Assembly: GCA_963711835.1 (NCBI GenBank)
Contig: CAVQFQ010000008.1
Span: 32,001 to 96,000 of the forward strand
Origin: an uncultured delta proteobacterium
Lineage (GTDB): Bacteria > Desulfobacterota > RBG-13-43-22
Direction of reading: 5' to 3'
Length of the DNA stretch: 64,000 nucleotides
Shown: in pieces, positions 9,221-18,863 of the stretch
How positions within the stretch are numbered: the first letter of the stretch is position 1
Layout: the number at the start of each line of letters is the position of its first letter
Position numbers and translations under genes: made by a program
The notes under the pieces: generated by a model
What the model was told of the DNA's origin: nothing
The model's input: only the letters and a program-made list of their open reading frames with translations
Database searches by the model: none

Positions 9221-10141
9221 TCAATTTCTTTTGAAGACCTGGGTCGTCAGCGTTATGGGAAGCGGATTCCCTCCATCACCACCCGGACGTGATTCGGCCG
9301 GCCAGGCCGTCAGCCAAAGGGAAAAACGCTCCGGGGTCTGGGCCGTTACTTTCATATCCATTACCCATTCGGCCAGCGGTTCAAAACCGCAGGCATTGAC
9401 CTTCCGTTTTATTACCGGCCGCCCCGGATCATGATACCTACCCTCCGGATCGTTGCTCTCATTAAAAACGGCGTAATGGACCAGACTGATTTCACCGACT
9501 TCCGTCCCCAGGGGATAGTCTTTTTTCAGGCCCTGGTTGCCGGCCTGGATGGGGTCGCTGTCAATGATCAGGGTGCGACCCCGGATCTCTTTTATCTGGA
9601 CATATTCGGCGGGTTTTCCGAGATAGAGGATATCCCAGGGATTAAATTGATCGGCCACCTCCGAGCTCCCCAATGATAATTCGATCCGGGTATCTCCTGT
9701 CCTGGCCCCGGCAGCCAGTTGGCTTGGGTTGGTTTCTCCGGAAAGAACGGTTATCAGGGAAAGGATATCGGGCTGAGATCCGCCGGGGGTAATAGTAACG
9801 ACCCCGCTCAGGGCCACCGACAGGGGAACCCTGGGTATAAAAGCATTCGGGACCCAGTGCCCTAAGTCGGCCAGGAAGGCCGGTGACAGGCCGGGGTAGC
9901 CGGCTCCGCGCAGGTCGCGAACCATGAGTTCCATAGAAGCCCGGAGTCCCTGTTGGCTGTTGACCTTCCTCTCCTGGTTTTTATAGCCCCGGGCCTGGCA
10001 AAGAAACAGGTCACCCAAAAGGCCTAACACCAAAAGCCCCAGGGATAAGGCCACGATCATTTCGATTACGGTAAATCCCCTGTTTTTCTTCCTCTTTTTT
10101 TCCATGGCTTTTCTCTTTCTGGTTTGGGCAGATGCACCCAT
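9221..10141 (-). CDS. pilW: PilW-like minor pilin (start may be ATG 10105)
   Basis: Prepilin site RGFTVIEMIVAL; MVRDLRGAGY motif. Confidence 0.8.
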   Translation of the reverse strand: MGASAQTRKRKAMEKKRKKNRGFTVIEMIVALSLGLLVLGLLGDLFLCQARGYKNQERKVNSQQGLRASMELMVRDLRGAGYPGLSPAFLADLGHWVPNAFIPRVPLSVALSGVVTITPGGSQPDILSLITVLSGETNPSQLAAGARTGDTRIELSLGSSEVADQFNPWDILYLGKPAEYVQIKEIRGRTLIIDSDPIQAGNQGLKKDYPLGTEVGEISLVHYAVFNESNDPEGRYHDPGRPVIKRKVNACGFEPLAEWVMDMKVTAQTPERFSLWLTAWPAESRPGGDGGNPLPITLTTQVFKRN

Positions 10142-10179
10142 CTTTAATCTGGGAATTTATCTCTAACATTCAATGCAAG

Positions 10180-10394
10180 GGTCATAGGGGGTCTTGTTTC
10201 AGGGGTTGTCCACCCCAAGGCCATAAGCTTGTTTGCCGGGCCAAATTCGGGATCTAATTCGGAGGCAGGCCTACACCTTTGTCCGAAACAGGCTGAGTGT
10301 AAATCCTGCCTCGAATCAAACTTAGCCGTCCTGGCCGGATTAGAAACTCATAATTACCCTTTGGACAACCCATAAAACAAGACCCCCTATGACC
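10180..10394 (-). repeat. Rod-like palindromic repeat family, copy D (diverged, inner unit only)
   Basis: IR ggtcatagggggtcttgttt...ttgtcca / tggacaa...aaacaagaccccctatgacc; reverse complement aligns by eye with the core of copy A (ttgtcc-aaagggta, ccggcc, taagtttg, ggtgt.ggcctg, caagct, ggacaa). Confidence 0.75.
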
Positions 10395-10426
10395 AACCCA
10401 AAATTTCAAATAGCTTTGCTTAGGAT

Positions 10427-10897
10427 CTATTCCACCTTAACTCTGCCCTGTGAGGAGAGGGTGATCACTTTCTGCAGCCCGGTATGACGCAGGACCAGGG
10501 TTGTACCCAGGGCCGTGCCCCGAGGGCTGAAAACCGGGTCACGGCTGCTGCTGACCAGGTCTACCCGGGGTTGATAATAGAGACCGGCTGGATTGTTGAA
10601 CTGCCGGGCAAGTCCTTCCGGCTGCCCCGGCCAGCGAGAGGATTCCGTTTCGGAGGCCCTCTCGATGACATAGCCTTCCTGGTCCGGAAAAAATTGAATC
10701 CGATAATAACAATTCCGGCCGATGGCTTTCATCCGTGCGGATCGCAAATCCGAAACCAAGGTTTGAACCGCCCCTTCCAGCCGCAGCCGGGGGATAACCT
10801 GGTTAAACCCATACCCGCTTATGGCCAGAAGGAGCCCGAGTATAAATAGTGCCGTTACTAATTCCAGGATGGTAAATCCGGTCTGTTTATTGATCAT
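10427..10897 (-). CDS. FimT/FimU/GspH-like minor pilin
   Basis: GFTILELVTAL prepilin motif; LVSDLRSARMKA; FSPRG; SSQGRV. Confidence 0.85.
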   Translation of the reverse strand: MINKQTGFTILELVTALFILGLLLAISGYGFNQVIPRLRLEGAVQTLVSDLRSARMKAIGRNCYYRIQFFPDQEGYVIERASETESSRWPGQPEGLARQFNNPAGLYYQPRVDLVSSSRDPVFSPRGTALGTTLVLRHTGLQKVITLSSQGRVKVE

Positions 10898-10931
10898 GGC
10901 TTTACCTCAGTCCAACGCTCCTGAAAACCAT

Positions 10932-11254
10932 AAAATTTTGGTAACGTTCAAAAGTTATAGCACTGGCGTAATATTGCCTGATTTGGGGACCGGGGGTCTC
11001 GATTTCAAGGTTGTCCGAAAGGGTATCCGTAGCCCCAACCCGGCCCGAATTTATAAGTTTGTTGGGAGCCGGGCATTCATCCCGCCGAGGCGGGACTTTG
11101 GTGTTGGCCTGTTTCTAAACCCACCTATAAACTTCCTGCCCGGGTTCAAGCTGCCGGCGTTTTGGCGGACAATCCTTGAAATCGAGACCCCCGGTCCCTT
11201 TCCATCGGGTATCAGAAATATAAGGCCCAAACTTTTGAACGATACCAAAATTTT
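10932..11254 (+). repeat. Rod-like palindromic repeat family, copy A (MITE/REPIN-like)
   Basis: 25-bp outer IR aaaattttggtaacgttcaaaagtt / aacttttgaacgataccaaaatttt; inner IR 10986-11017 / 11166-11198; homologous to 31654-31870 and 37975-38290. Confidence 0.88.
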
Positions 11255-11400
11255 GGGCCGGATCGGGACGTTGAGTAACCTTTTGGACCATCTTTGAAAA
11301 GAGACCCCCAGACGCCCAAATCGAGACAAATGGAATTTTTCAGGAAACTTTAAGGACGAAACAGGGATGGAGGCCTGGAGGTTGGTCCGGGCCGGGAAAA

Positions 11401-12171
11401 TCAGCCTAAATACCAGGTCAGGAGGGTTTGTCCAAAAAAAAGATGGATAAGGGACCCTAAAGAAAGAAAGGGACCGAAGGGGATGGCAAAGGTGCGACTT
11501 TTTTTCCAAATCACCATCAGGAGAAGACCGACGATCGTCCCTGTTAGAGAACCGACCAAAACGGAGACTAAAACCCCGCTCCAGCCCTGGAAGGCTCCGA
11601 TCATGGCCAATAATTTGATGTCCCCTCCTCCCAGGCCTTCTTTGCGGGTCAGCAATTCGTAGCCCAGGGCCAGTAGATACAAAAACCCTCCTCCGGCCAA
11701 AAGACCTATCAGGGAAGCCTTCCAGCCCGGGTTTCCCGAGACCCAGGAGAGAATGAAACCGATCACCAGACCGGGGTAAGTAATCTCGTCGGGAATAATT
11801 TGATGATCCAGATCGATAAAGGAAACCGCCGTTAAGGAACAAACCAGGATCAAACCCTGCAGCAAGGCCCAGGAAAAACCGGATTGCCAGCCGACCAGGA
11901 CCATCAGCAAGGGAGTCAGCAGTTCGATCAGGGGATAGCGCCGGGATATGGGGAAATGACAATAGCGACATGTCCCCCTTAAAAGCAAAAAGCTTACCAA
12001 CGGCAGATTATCTAAGACCGACAGAGGATGGTTGCAGTGGGGGCAATGGGATCCGGGCCAAACTATCGATTCATTCCGGGGGATCCGGTAAATGCAGACA
12101 TTTAAAAAGCTCCCGAAAATCAACCCCAGAATAACCAGGGCCGGATAAAAAAGCCAGTCTAACCCGTCCAT
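11401..12171 (-). CDS. pilD: Prepilin peptidase/N-methyltransferase PilD
   Basis: GSFLNVCIYRIP, CPHC...CRYC, FIDLD, GGGDIKL, IPFGPFL; ATG 12171 has RBS GGAGAAG. Confidence 0.95.
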   Translation of the reverse strand: MDGLDWLFYPALVILGLIFGSFLNVCIYRIPRNESIVWPGSHCPHCNHPLSVLDNLPLVSFLLLRGTCRYCHFPISRRYPLIELLTPLLMVLVGWQSGFSWALLQGLILVCSLTAVSFIDLDHQIIPDEITYPGLVIGFILSWVSGNPGWKASLIGLLAGGGFLYLLALGYELLTRKEGLGGGDIKLLAMIGAFQGWSGVLVSVLVGSLTGTIVGLLLMVIWKKSRTFAIPFGPFLSLGSLIHLFFGQTLLTWYLG

Positions 12172-12220
12172 TAGCTTCTCCAAAAAGGTTTTGCCTTCTC
12201 TATAGGGCCTGTCCAAGTAT

Positions 12221-12248
12221 TTGACAAGGATTTTTTCTCCTTTATAAT
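12221..12248 (+). promoter_or_regulatory. sigma-70 promoter upstream of the Sua5/YciO gene
   Basis: TTGACA-16 bp-TATAAT. Confidence 0.7.
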
Positions 12249-12387
12249 AAAAAGATCCGGAAGGCGGCCGGCACTGTTCTTTTATCGGCGGCTGGGAAGG
12301 GATCGGCAGCCATAACGGCTTTTTTAAAACGACCCGAGCTGTAAAGCGGGTTGTCATAACCGTCTTAATGTTTACAGCGGGAAAGGA

Positions 12388-13002
12388 GTGACTATGGTCC
12401 TGCGCATCAATCCACAGAACCCCCAGAAACGTTTAATTGATAAGGTGGCCGGGATTCTAAGGGAGGGCGGGGTGATGGCCTACCCTACGGATACCATCTA
12501 TGGATTCGGCTGTGATATATTCAGCAAAAAGGCCATTCAACGGATCTATCAGATAAAAAAAAGAAACCGCCAGAAACCTTTCAGCTTTATCTGTTCGGAT
12601 TTGAAAAACATCAGTCAATATGCCCAGGTCACTAATGCCGCTTATAAAATTATGAAACGGTGTTTGCCCGGTCCCTACACTTTCATTTTGCCGGGTAGTA
12701 AGCTGGTCCCCAAAATCATGTTGACCAAACGTAAAACGGTCGGTATCCGGGTGCCTAATAATAACATTTCCCTGGCTATTGTGAAGAGTTTGGACCATCC
12801 GATCATCAGCACCAGCGTGGGTCTGTCGGGAGGAGAAATTTTGACTGATCCGCTTCAGATCGAAGAACGTTTCGGTTCCCAGATCGACCTGACGATTGAC
12901 GGGGGGATTCTGGCCAACCAACCCTCCAGTATTATCTCCCTGCTCGACGACCAGGTCGAAATCATACGGGAAGGCCTGGGGGATACCCATCAATTCTTAT
13001 AA
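12388..13002 (+). CDS. Sua5/YciO/YrdC-family threonylcarbamoyl-AMP synthase
   Basis: AYPTDTIYG, KKR...KPFS, LPGPYTFIL, VGIRVP. Confidence 0.93.
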   Translation: MTMVLRINPQNPQKRLIDKVAGILREGGVMAYPTDTIYGFGCDIFSKKAIQRIYQIKKRNRQKPFSFICSDLKNISQYAQVTNAAYKIMKRCLPGPYTFILPGSKLVPKIMLTKRKTVGIRVPNNNISLAIVKSLDHPIISTSVGLSGGEILTDPLQIEERFGSQIDLTIDGGILANQPSSIISLLDDQVEIIREGLGDTHQFL

Positions 13003-13895
13003 AGATAAGGTGGGACCAGTAAAAGGTGGGGAGAAGACCAGGGTTCCTGGAGGGTTTGCTTAACCTCTCCGGCCAGCTCACTGAAGAGAAACTCCCAAAT
13101 GGAAAATTTCTTTTTTTCGGCCTGTACCAGCTTCACCTCGCCGCTGAGTCCGACCATTTTTTTAACCAGGTCCACCGCGTCTTCAAAACTGCCCAGCTCA
13201 TCGACCAAACCCAAGGTCTTGGCCTGCTCTCCGGAGAAAATCCGCCCGTCGGCGATCTGGGCTACCTGGTCTTTCGGCAACCGCCTCCCCTGAGCAACGG
13301 CTTCGATAAATTGCCGGTGAACGTTTTTAATGACCCCCTCCAGAAGCTGCCGTTCCTCCGGTTTCATGTCCCGGAGCGGAGACCCGATGTCTTTAAAAGA
13401 ACCGCTTTTAACCACTTCCATGCCGACCCCGATTTTATGGAGCAATTCTTTAAGATTGGAGAATTGCATAATGACGCCGATACTGCCGGTCAGGGTACCC
13501 GGGTTGGCCACGATTTTATCGGCCGCGGCGGCGATATAGTAGCCGCCCGAAGCTGCAATATTGCCCATGGAAACGACTATCTTTTTCTTGGGAAGGGTCC
13601 GGAGGATTTCCCGGTGGATCTCCTGAGAAGCCGCGGTGCTTCCGCCCGGAGAATCGATCCGGATGATAAGGGCCTTGACCCTTTCATCCTTTCGAAATTT
13701 CTTGATCTGCTCAACCGGCCCTTTGGAGTCCAAAATAACACCCCGGATAAGCACCACCCCGATCCGGCTGCCGCTCCGCAAGGGTGAATCTTCTCTTAGA
13801 AAGACGGCAAACAGGAACAGGAGGAAGGCAAATCCTAAAACCACCAGGCTTGAGACCGCCAGGCCAAAAATGATGGGATGTTTTCTTTCTGCCAC
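12990..13895 (-). CDS. sppA: Signal peptide peptidase SppA (S49)
   Basis: IDSPGG, AASGGYY, TGSIGVI, KSGSFKD. Confidence 0.95.
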   Translation of the reverse strand: MAERKHPIIFGLAVSSLVVLGFAFLLFLFAVFLREDSPLRSGSRIGVVLIRGVILDSKGPVEQIKKFRKDERVKALIIRIDSPGGSTAASQEIHREILRTLPKKKIVVSMGNIAASGGYYIAAAADKIVANPGTLTGSIGVIMQFSNLKELLHKIGVGMEVVKSGSFKDIGSPLRDMKPEERQLLEGVIKNVHRQFIEAVAQGRRLPKDQVAQIADGRIFSGEQAKTLGLVDELGSFEDAVDLVKKMVGLSGEVKLVQAEKKKFSIWEFLFSELAGEVKQTLQEPWSSPHLLLVPPYLYKN

Positions 13896-13923
13896 GTTGA
13901 AACCCCAAATAAAAGGTCAGGAT

Positions 13924-15702
13924 TTAATTGTCGCCCGAATCCAGGGAAGTTTTGTTTTTATTTTCCATCTCCTCCCGGAGCAGGTCCCCTAAATTCGAAC
14001 TCGCCTCCTTGGGGCTGTTGAGGTACTCTTTGAGGTAGGAGTGTTCTTCGTCTTTTTTGGCCCGCCGTATGGAAAGGCCGATGCGTCGTTCCTTTTTCTG
14101 GATATTGATGACTTTGGCTGTAATCCCGTCCCCCACTTTAAACATCCCCACCGGGGTTTTTATTTTCTCCTTGCTGACCTCGGAGACATGAACCAGCCCT
14201 TCGATCCCTTCTTCCAATTCCACGAAGATGCCGAAATCGGTTACATTGGTAATAACGCCCTGAACCAGGCTTCCGGAAGGATACTTCTTAGGGATTTCAT
14301 CCCAGGGATCCGGTTCGAGTTGTTTGATTCCCAGGGAAAACCGTTCCTGGTCCTTGTCGATATGCAGGACCTTAGCCTGGACTTCCTGGCTTTTTTTAAA
14401 CAGTTCCGATGGATGCTTAATGCGCTTGGTCCAGGAGATATCCGAAATGTGGACCAAGCCGTCGATGCCCTCGTCAATCCCGATAAAAATTCCAAAATCG
14501 GTGATATTTTTTATCTTGCCTTCGATGACCGTACCGACCGGATATTTTTCAGCAATCACATCCCAGGGATTAGGCTCCACCTGTTTCAGACCTAAGGAGA
14601 TTCGTTTCTTGTCCGTATCCATGGCCAGGACTATGGCTTCCAGCGTATCCCCGATTGAGACCAGTTTGGAAGGGTGGCGGACCTTCTGGGTCCAGGACAT
14701 CTCGGAGACATGAATCAGACCTTCCACGCCGGTTTCCAATTCTACAAAGGCCCCGTAGTCGGTCAGATTGACCACTCGGCCCTGCACCCGGGATCCGATG
14801 GGATATTTTTGAGCCACCATACTCCAGGGATCGGAGATCAGTTGTTTTAATCCTAAGGAAACCCGCTGCCTTTCCCGGTCAAAACTCAGGACCTTTAGTC
14901 GAATGGGTTCTCCCACCCGGCACAAATCCGAGGGATGGGCAGCCCGGCCCCAACTCATATCGGTGACGTGGAGTAAGCCGTCGATGCCTCCCAAATCAAC
15001 GAAGACACCGTAATCGGTAATGTTTTTAACAAGGCCCTCGACTTCCTGGTCTTTTTCCAGGGTGTTTAAAACCAGGCTGCGTTTTTCTTCCCGTTCCTTT
15101 TCAAGAATACTCCGGCGGGAAAGGACGACGTTGCTTCTCTTTTTATTATACTTCAGGATTTTATAAGGCAAGGTAGTCCCGATCAGACTGTCCATATCCC
15201 GCAGGGGCTGCAGGTCGACCTGGGAGCCGGGCAGGAAGGCCGGGATACCGATGTCCACCGAAAGGCCTCCCTTTACCTTCCCGATAACTTTCCCTTCGAT
15301 GACGCCGTCTTCACGATAAATACGGCTGATCTCTTCCCAAACCAAAATTTTGGCCGCCTTCTCTTTGGAGAGGAGGATATCCCCATCCTCGTCTTCCCTT
15401 TTCTCGATCAGGACATCTATCGTCTCCCCGATGAGGGCCGTAATCTCGCCGCTGCCGGAAAATTCTTGCAGGGGGATCCGCCCCTCGGATTTGTAGCCGA
15501 TATCGACCATGACAAAATCTTTGTCGATACTGACAATCCTTCCCCGAATGACCTCACCCTCCTGGAAAGTCTTGAGGCTTTCTTCGTATAATTCCTTAAA
15601 CCCTTCTTCCCCCTGTATGGCCGGAGGCGCCTCTGGGGCCGCCGCTTCCCCGGCAGCCATTTCGTTTACCTGATTACCCATTTCCTCGTTGCTTTTTTCC
15701 AT
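13924..15702 (-). CDS. rpsA: 30S ribosomal protein S1
   Basis: Six S1 repeats (DIGYKSEG, AFLPGSQVD, DGLLHVTDMSW, EGLIHVSEMSW...). Confidence 0.98.
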   Translation of the reverse strand: MEKSNEEMGNQVNEMAAGEAAAPEAPPAIQGEEGFKELYEESLKTFQEGEVIRGRIVSIDKDFVMVDIGYKSEGRIPLQEFSGSGEITALIGETIDVLIEKREDEDGDILLSKEKAAKILVWEEISRIYREDGVIEGKVIGKVKGGLSVDIGIPAFLPGSQVDLQPLRDMDSLIGTTLPYKILKYNKKRSNVVLSRRSILEKEREEKRSLVLNTLEKDQEVEGLVKNITDYGVFVDLGGIDGLLHVTDMSWGRAAHPSDLCRVGEPIRLKVLSFDRERQRVSLGLKQLISDPWSMVAQKYPIGSRVQGRVVNLTDYGAFVELETGVEGLIHVSEMSWTQKVRHPSKLVSIGDTLEAIVLAMDTDKKRISLGLKQVEPNPWDVIAEKYPVGTVIEGKIKNITDFGIFIGIDEGIDGLVHISDISWTKRIKHPSELFKKSQEVQAKVLHIDKDQERFSLGIKQLEPDPWDEIPKKYPSGSLVQGVITNVTDFGIFVELEEGIEGLVHVSEVSKEKIKTPVGMFKVGDGITAKVINIQKKERRIGLSIRRAKKDEEHSYLKEYLNSPKEASSNLGDLLREEMENKNKTSLDSGDN

Positions 15703-15916
15703 TAAATTATTGTCCCCCTGAACCGCCGTTTTTTTCTCCCCAAGGCTCGGAGAGGCCGGACCAGGCCCACCCGCTCTCCGGGTTTTTCTGAATAAATGGT
15801 GCTCCCCAACCTATGGAATTTTAATAAATTGTTGAAGATTATCAGCAAATTTATAAAAAATCAAGTCTTATTCTTATCTCTTCTGCGGCAGACTTCATTG
15901 GCGGTGATCGAGTATT

Positions 15917-16600
15917 TTAAGCGGCGTCCGGAGCCCCGGAAATTATTCGTATTATTTCCTGAAGCACCTGGTCGATGGTCAGATCCGTGGTATCGATCAC
16001 CCGGGCATCCGGGGCCGGTTGCAGTGGGGCCAGAGACCTTCCCTGATCCTGTTGGTCGCGAAAGGACATATCCTGTCGTACCTTTTCCAGGGAAAGGGCA
16101 TGACCGGCTTCAAGAAGTTCCTGAAACCGTCGTTGAGAGCGCACCGCCAGCGAGGCCTCCAAGAAAAATTTGAAGGCGGCCCAGGGAAAGACCACCGTTC
16201 CCATATCCCGGCCCTCGGCCACCAGCCCCTGCTTTTGCGCCCAAGCCCTTTGCTTGTCCAAAAGAAAGGCCCGAACTTCCTGTTTCTTCGATACCGCCGA
16301 AGCCAATTGGCTGATCTCCGGCTCCCGAATCTGCCGGCCGATTTCCCGGTCTGAAACCCAAACCTGTTGTTTTCGGCCTTGCCCAAAAATCCGGATATCC
16401 AAATTTTTAATAAATCGTGACAGCGCCGGCCCTTCCGCCTGCTCTTTGCCGCCGGCCTTGAGGGCCCAGGCAACCGCTCGGTAGAGGGCCCCGGTATCCA
16501 GATAGGCCAGCCCTAAACGTCCGGCCAGACGGCGGCTGATCGTACTTTTGCCGGCCCCGGCCGGTCCATCGATGGTAATTAGGAGATGGCGATCAGGCAT
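15917..16600 (-). CDS. cmk: Cytidylate kinase
   Basis: ITIDGPAGAGKST, YLDTGALYR, EGRDMGTVVFP. Confidence 0.96.
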   Translation of the reverse strand: MPDRHLLITIDGPAGAGKSTISRRLAGRLGLAYLDTGALYRAVAWALKAGGKEQAEGPALSRFIKNLDIRIFGQGRKQQVWVSDREIGRQIREPEISQLASAVSKKQEVRAFLLDKQRAWAQKQGLVAEGRDMGTVVFPWAAFKFFLEASLAVRSQRRFQELLEAGHALSLEKVRQDMSFRDQQDQGRSLAPLQPAPDARVIDTTDLTIDQVLQEIIRIISGAPDAA

Positions 16601-16624
16601 GGCATCGAAGAAGCCGAAGGGAAA

Positions 16625-17713
16625 TTAGGATTGCTTAAGGACCTGTTGCAAGGTCCGCAAAAAAAGGGCATTCTCCTTCGGAAGCCCCACATTGACACGG
16701 ATATAGTCCTCCAAGCCGTAACTCTTCATGGAGCGGATGATCACCCCCATTTTCAACATGGCCTCATAAACGAACTGGCCTTTCAGGGGCATTCGGACCA
16801 AGATAAAATTGGTTTGCGAGGGAATAAAGGTCAAACCCAGGTTGAGAAGCCCTTTCTCCAAATCCTTTTTCCCTTTACGCACCAGGGAACGGGTTTTTTC
16901 ATAAAACCGCGTATCTTGAAGGGCTCCTAAGGCCCCAGCCTGGGCCAGAGAATTGACGTTAAAGGGCTGGCGGACCCGGTTCATATAATCGGCCAGCTCC
17001 GGACGAGTAATCCCGAAACCGATTCGCAATCCGGCCAATCCGTAGGCCTTGGAAAAGGTCCGAATGAGCAGCAGGTTTTTCGTGGATTGAATATAGTCGC
17101 TCCCTAAGGGGCAGGCCGGGTCGTCCACAAAATCAATATAGGCTTCATCCATCAAGATCAGGATCTCCTGGGGGACCTTTTTCAAAAAACGTTCCCATTC
17201 CTTCCGGGTAATAATGGTCCCCGTGGGATTATTGGGGTTGTTGATGATAATCAAACGGGTTCGGGACCGGGTCTGCCGGAGAATCTCCTGAAGGTCTATT
17301 TTAAAACCCCGCAGAGGGATCAATCGATTTTTCCCCCCTATGGTTTGGACGACTTTGTTATAAACCAAGAAGGAGGGACTGGGGGAGATAACCTCGTCGC
17401 CGGCTTCCAAAAAGGTCCTGATAGCCAATTCGATGATCTCGTTGGAGCCGTTCCCCAAAAGGAACTGTTCCGGAGGAAATCCCAAGGCCCGGCTTAAAGC
17501 TTGTTTTAAATAATAACCGCTGCCATCCGGGTAACGATGAAGCTGAGGGAGGGCTTTTTGAATGGCCGCCAAGGCCCGGGGAGAAGGCCCTAAGGGATTT
17601 TCATTGGAAGCCAGTTTGATAACCTCCCGGATCCCCAACTCCCGGGTTAATTCTTCCATAGGCTTCCCGGGAGGGTAAGGGACCAGATCTCGGATATAGT
17701 TTTTAATTTTCAT
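16625..17713 (-). CDS. hisC: Histidinol-phosphate aminotransferase
   Basis: KLASNENPLG, YPDG, GNGSNE, NPNNPTG, DEAY, RTFSKAYGLAGLRIG. Confidence 0.95.
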   Translation of the reverse strand: MKIKNYIRDLVPYPPGKPMEELTRELGIREVIKLASNENPLGPSPRALAAIQKALPQLHRYPDGSGYYLKQALSRALGFPPEQFLLGNGSNEIIELAIRTFLEAGDEVISPSPSFLVYNKVVQTIGGKNRLIPLRGFKIDLQEILRQTRSRTRLIIINNPNNPTGTIITRKEWERFLKKVPQEILILMDEAYIDFVDDPACPLGSDYIQSTKNLLLIRTFSKAYGLAGLRIGFGITRPELADYMNRVRQPFNVNSLAQAGALGALQDTRFYEKTRSLVRKGKKDLEKGLLNLGLTFIPSQTNFILVRMPLKGQFVYEAMLKMGVIIRSMKSYGLEDYIRVNVGLPKENALFLRTLQQVLKQS

Positions 17714-18077
17714 AACCGTCCTGCCGAAACCTTTTGGTCGTGTTAAAAAGTTAAGGGATTAGGGTGGATCAGCTCCAACGCATTTGGAGATGATCAATTT
17801 TCATTTTGTTCTTACCTCACCCGCAGGCCAAAAAGCAACCCCTTTTCCATCCCCCTTCCCGGCCTTTAACCTAAACCCGTGAGTGTGGGAAAAGTTTGAG
17901 ATCGGCTTCCTGAAAAGCGTTGAGAGAAAAACCGGCCTCCCGCCGGATGATCCCGGGTCGGCCTGATTGGGAAAAGCGGGCTTTCCGAAGAAAAAAGTTG
18001 CTTTTTTTAAAAAAAGCAGGTTATTATGATGCATCGGTTTTTCCGGCAGGCATCTCTTTTTATAAAAGGAGAAGAAG

Positions 18078-18353
18078 ATGAACAAGTCCCAGTTGATTGA
18101 AGCTTTGGCTAAAGACCAGGGGTTGACGATTAAGAATGCGGAATTTGTTGTTTCAAATTTTTTTGACAGTATCGAGGCTGCCCTGGTCAAACGGGAGCGG
18201 GTTGAGATTCGGGGCTTTGGAAGTTTCAAGGTAAAAAATTATCAGGGCTACCAGGGGCGTAATCCAAAAACCGGAACGGTGATCAATGTGACGGAAAAGA
18301 GGCTGCCCTTTTTTAAGGTAGGCAAGGAATTAAAAGAAAGAGTGGACGCTTAA
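18078..18353 (+). CDS. ihfB: Integration host factor beta-like / HU-family protein
   Basis: MNKSQLI, RVEIRGFGSF, GRNPKTG, PFFKVGKELKERV. Confidence 0.85.
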   Translation: MNKSQLIEALAKDQGLTIKNAEFVVSNFFDSIEAALVKRERVEIRGFGSFKVKNYQGYQGRNPKTGTVINVTEKRLPFFKVGKELKERVDA

Positions 18354-18376
18354 CCTAAATTACAGTAATTACAGTC

Positions 18377-18642
18377 TTGGCCGTGCTAAGCGGGGAGTTA
18401 GCGGTGCCCTAAACCCGAAATCCGCTCATGCGGGGCTGAATCTCCTTTCGAGGGCTCAAACGATATCCCAGTTTCTTTCGCTAAAAGCCGGATTGGACGT
18501 TACGCAACAAACGGTTATGAACCCCGTCAGGTCCGGGAGGAAGCAGCGGTAAATAATGCGGTTTGTGTCGTGACCAACTCTAAGCTGTGTTTTTATTCGG
18601 AGGCCTGTGATGGCGTTGGTTCGACAAAGGATGCACGGCCAA
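18377..18642 (+). ncRNA. ffs: Large (Alu-domain) bacterial SRP RNA
   Basis: Helix 8 CCGTCAGGTCC-GGGA-GGAAGCAGCGG; 5' Alu-like GCCGTGCTAAGCGGGGAG..AGCGGTGCCC; ends pair (ttggccgtgc / gcacggccaa). Confidence 0.92.
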
Positions 18643-18834
18643 GATAACCCTTTTAGGACTTCCCCAGCAATCCCCTCCACCTTTCGCGTTGCTCCAAAAA
18701 ATGAACGGTTTCTTTTGCTCTCCCGACCGGCCGGGGCTCTCTTTCTCCGAGCCGGCCGGCCGGATGAGATGCGGCCATGACTCACCTCCAGTCCTTCCCG
18801 AAAAACGGCTTTCGTTGAAAGGTTCACAATATAC

Positions 18835-18863
18835 TTGACAAATGGTTTCTTCCCTTCTATTTT
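18835..18863 (+). promoter_or_regulatory. Putative sigma-70 promoter of pilMNOPQ
   Basis: TTGACA-17 bp-TATTTT. Confidence 0.55.

Noticed and set aside
11051-11971. 306-aa ORF, and similar ORFs 10821-11297, 31669-32010 and 37997-38218
   Set aside because: Alternative frame of pilD and/or translations of the palindromic repeat; the shared peptide text reflects the DNA repeat, and the frame is not maintained as a common ORF across copies
12172-12357. Long N-terminal extension of PilD (similarly MtaB from 36442, thermonuclease from 32762, ORF from 40117)
   Set aside because: The extensions overlap promoters or neighbouring genes; better starts exist downstream
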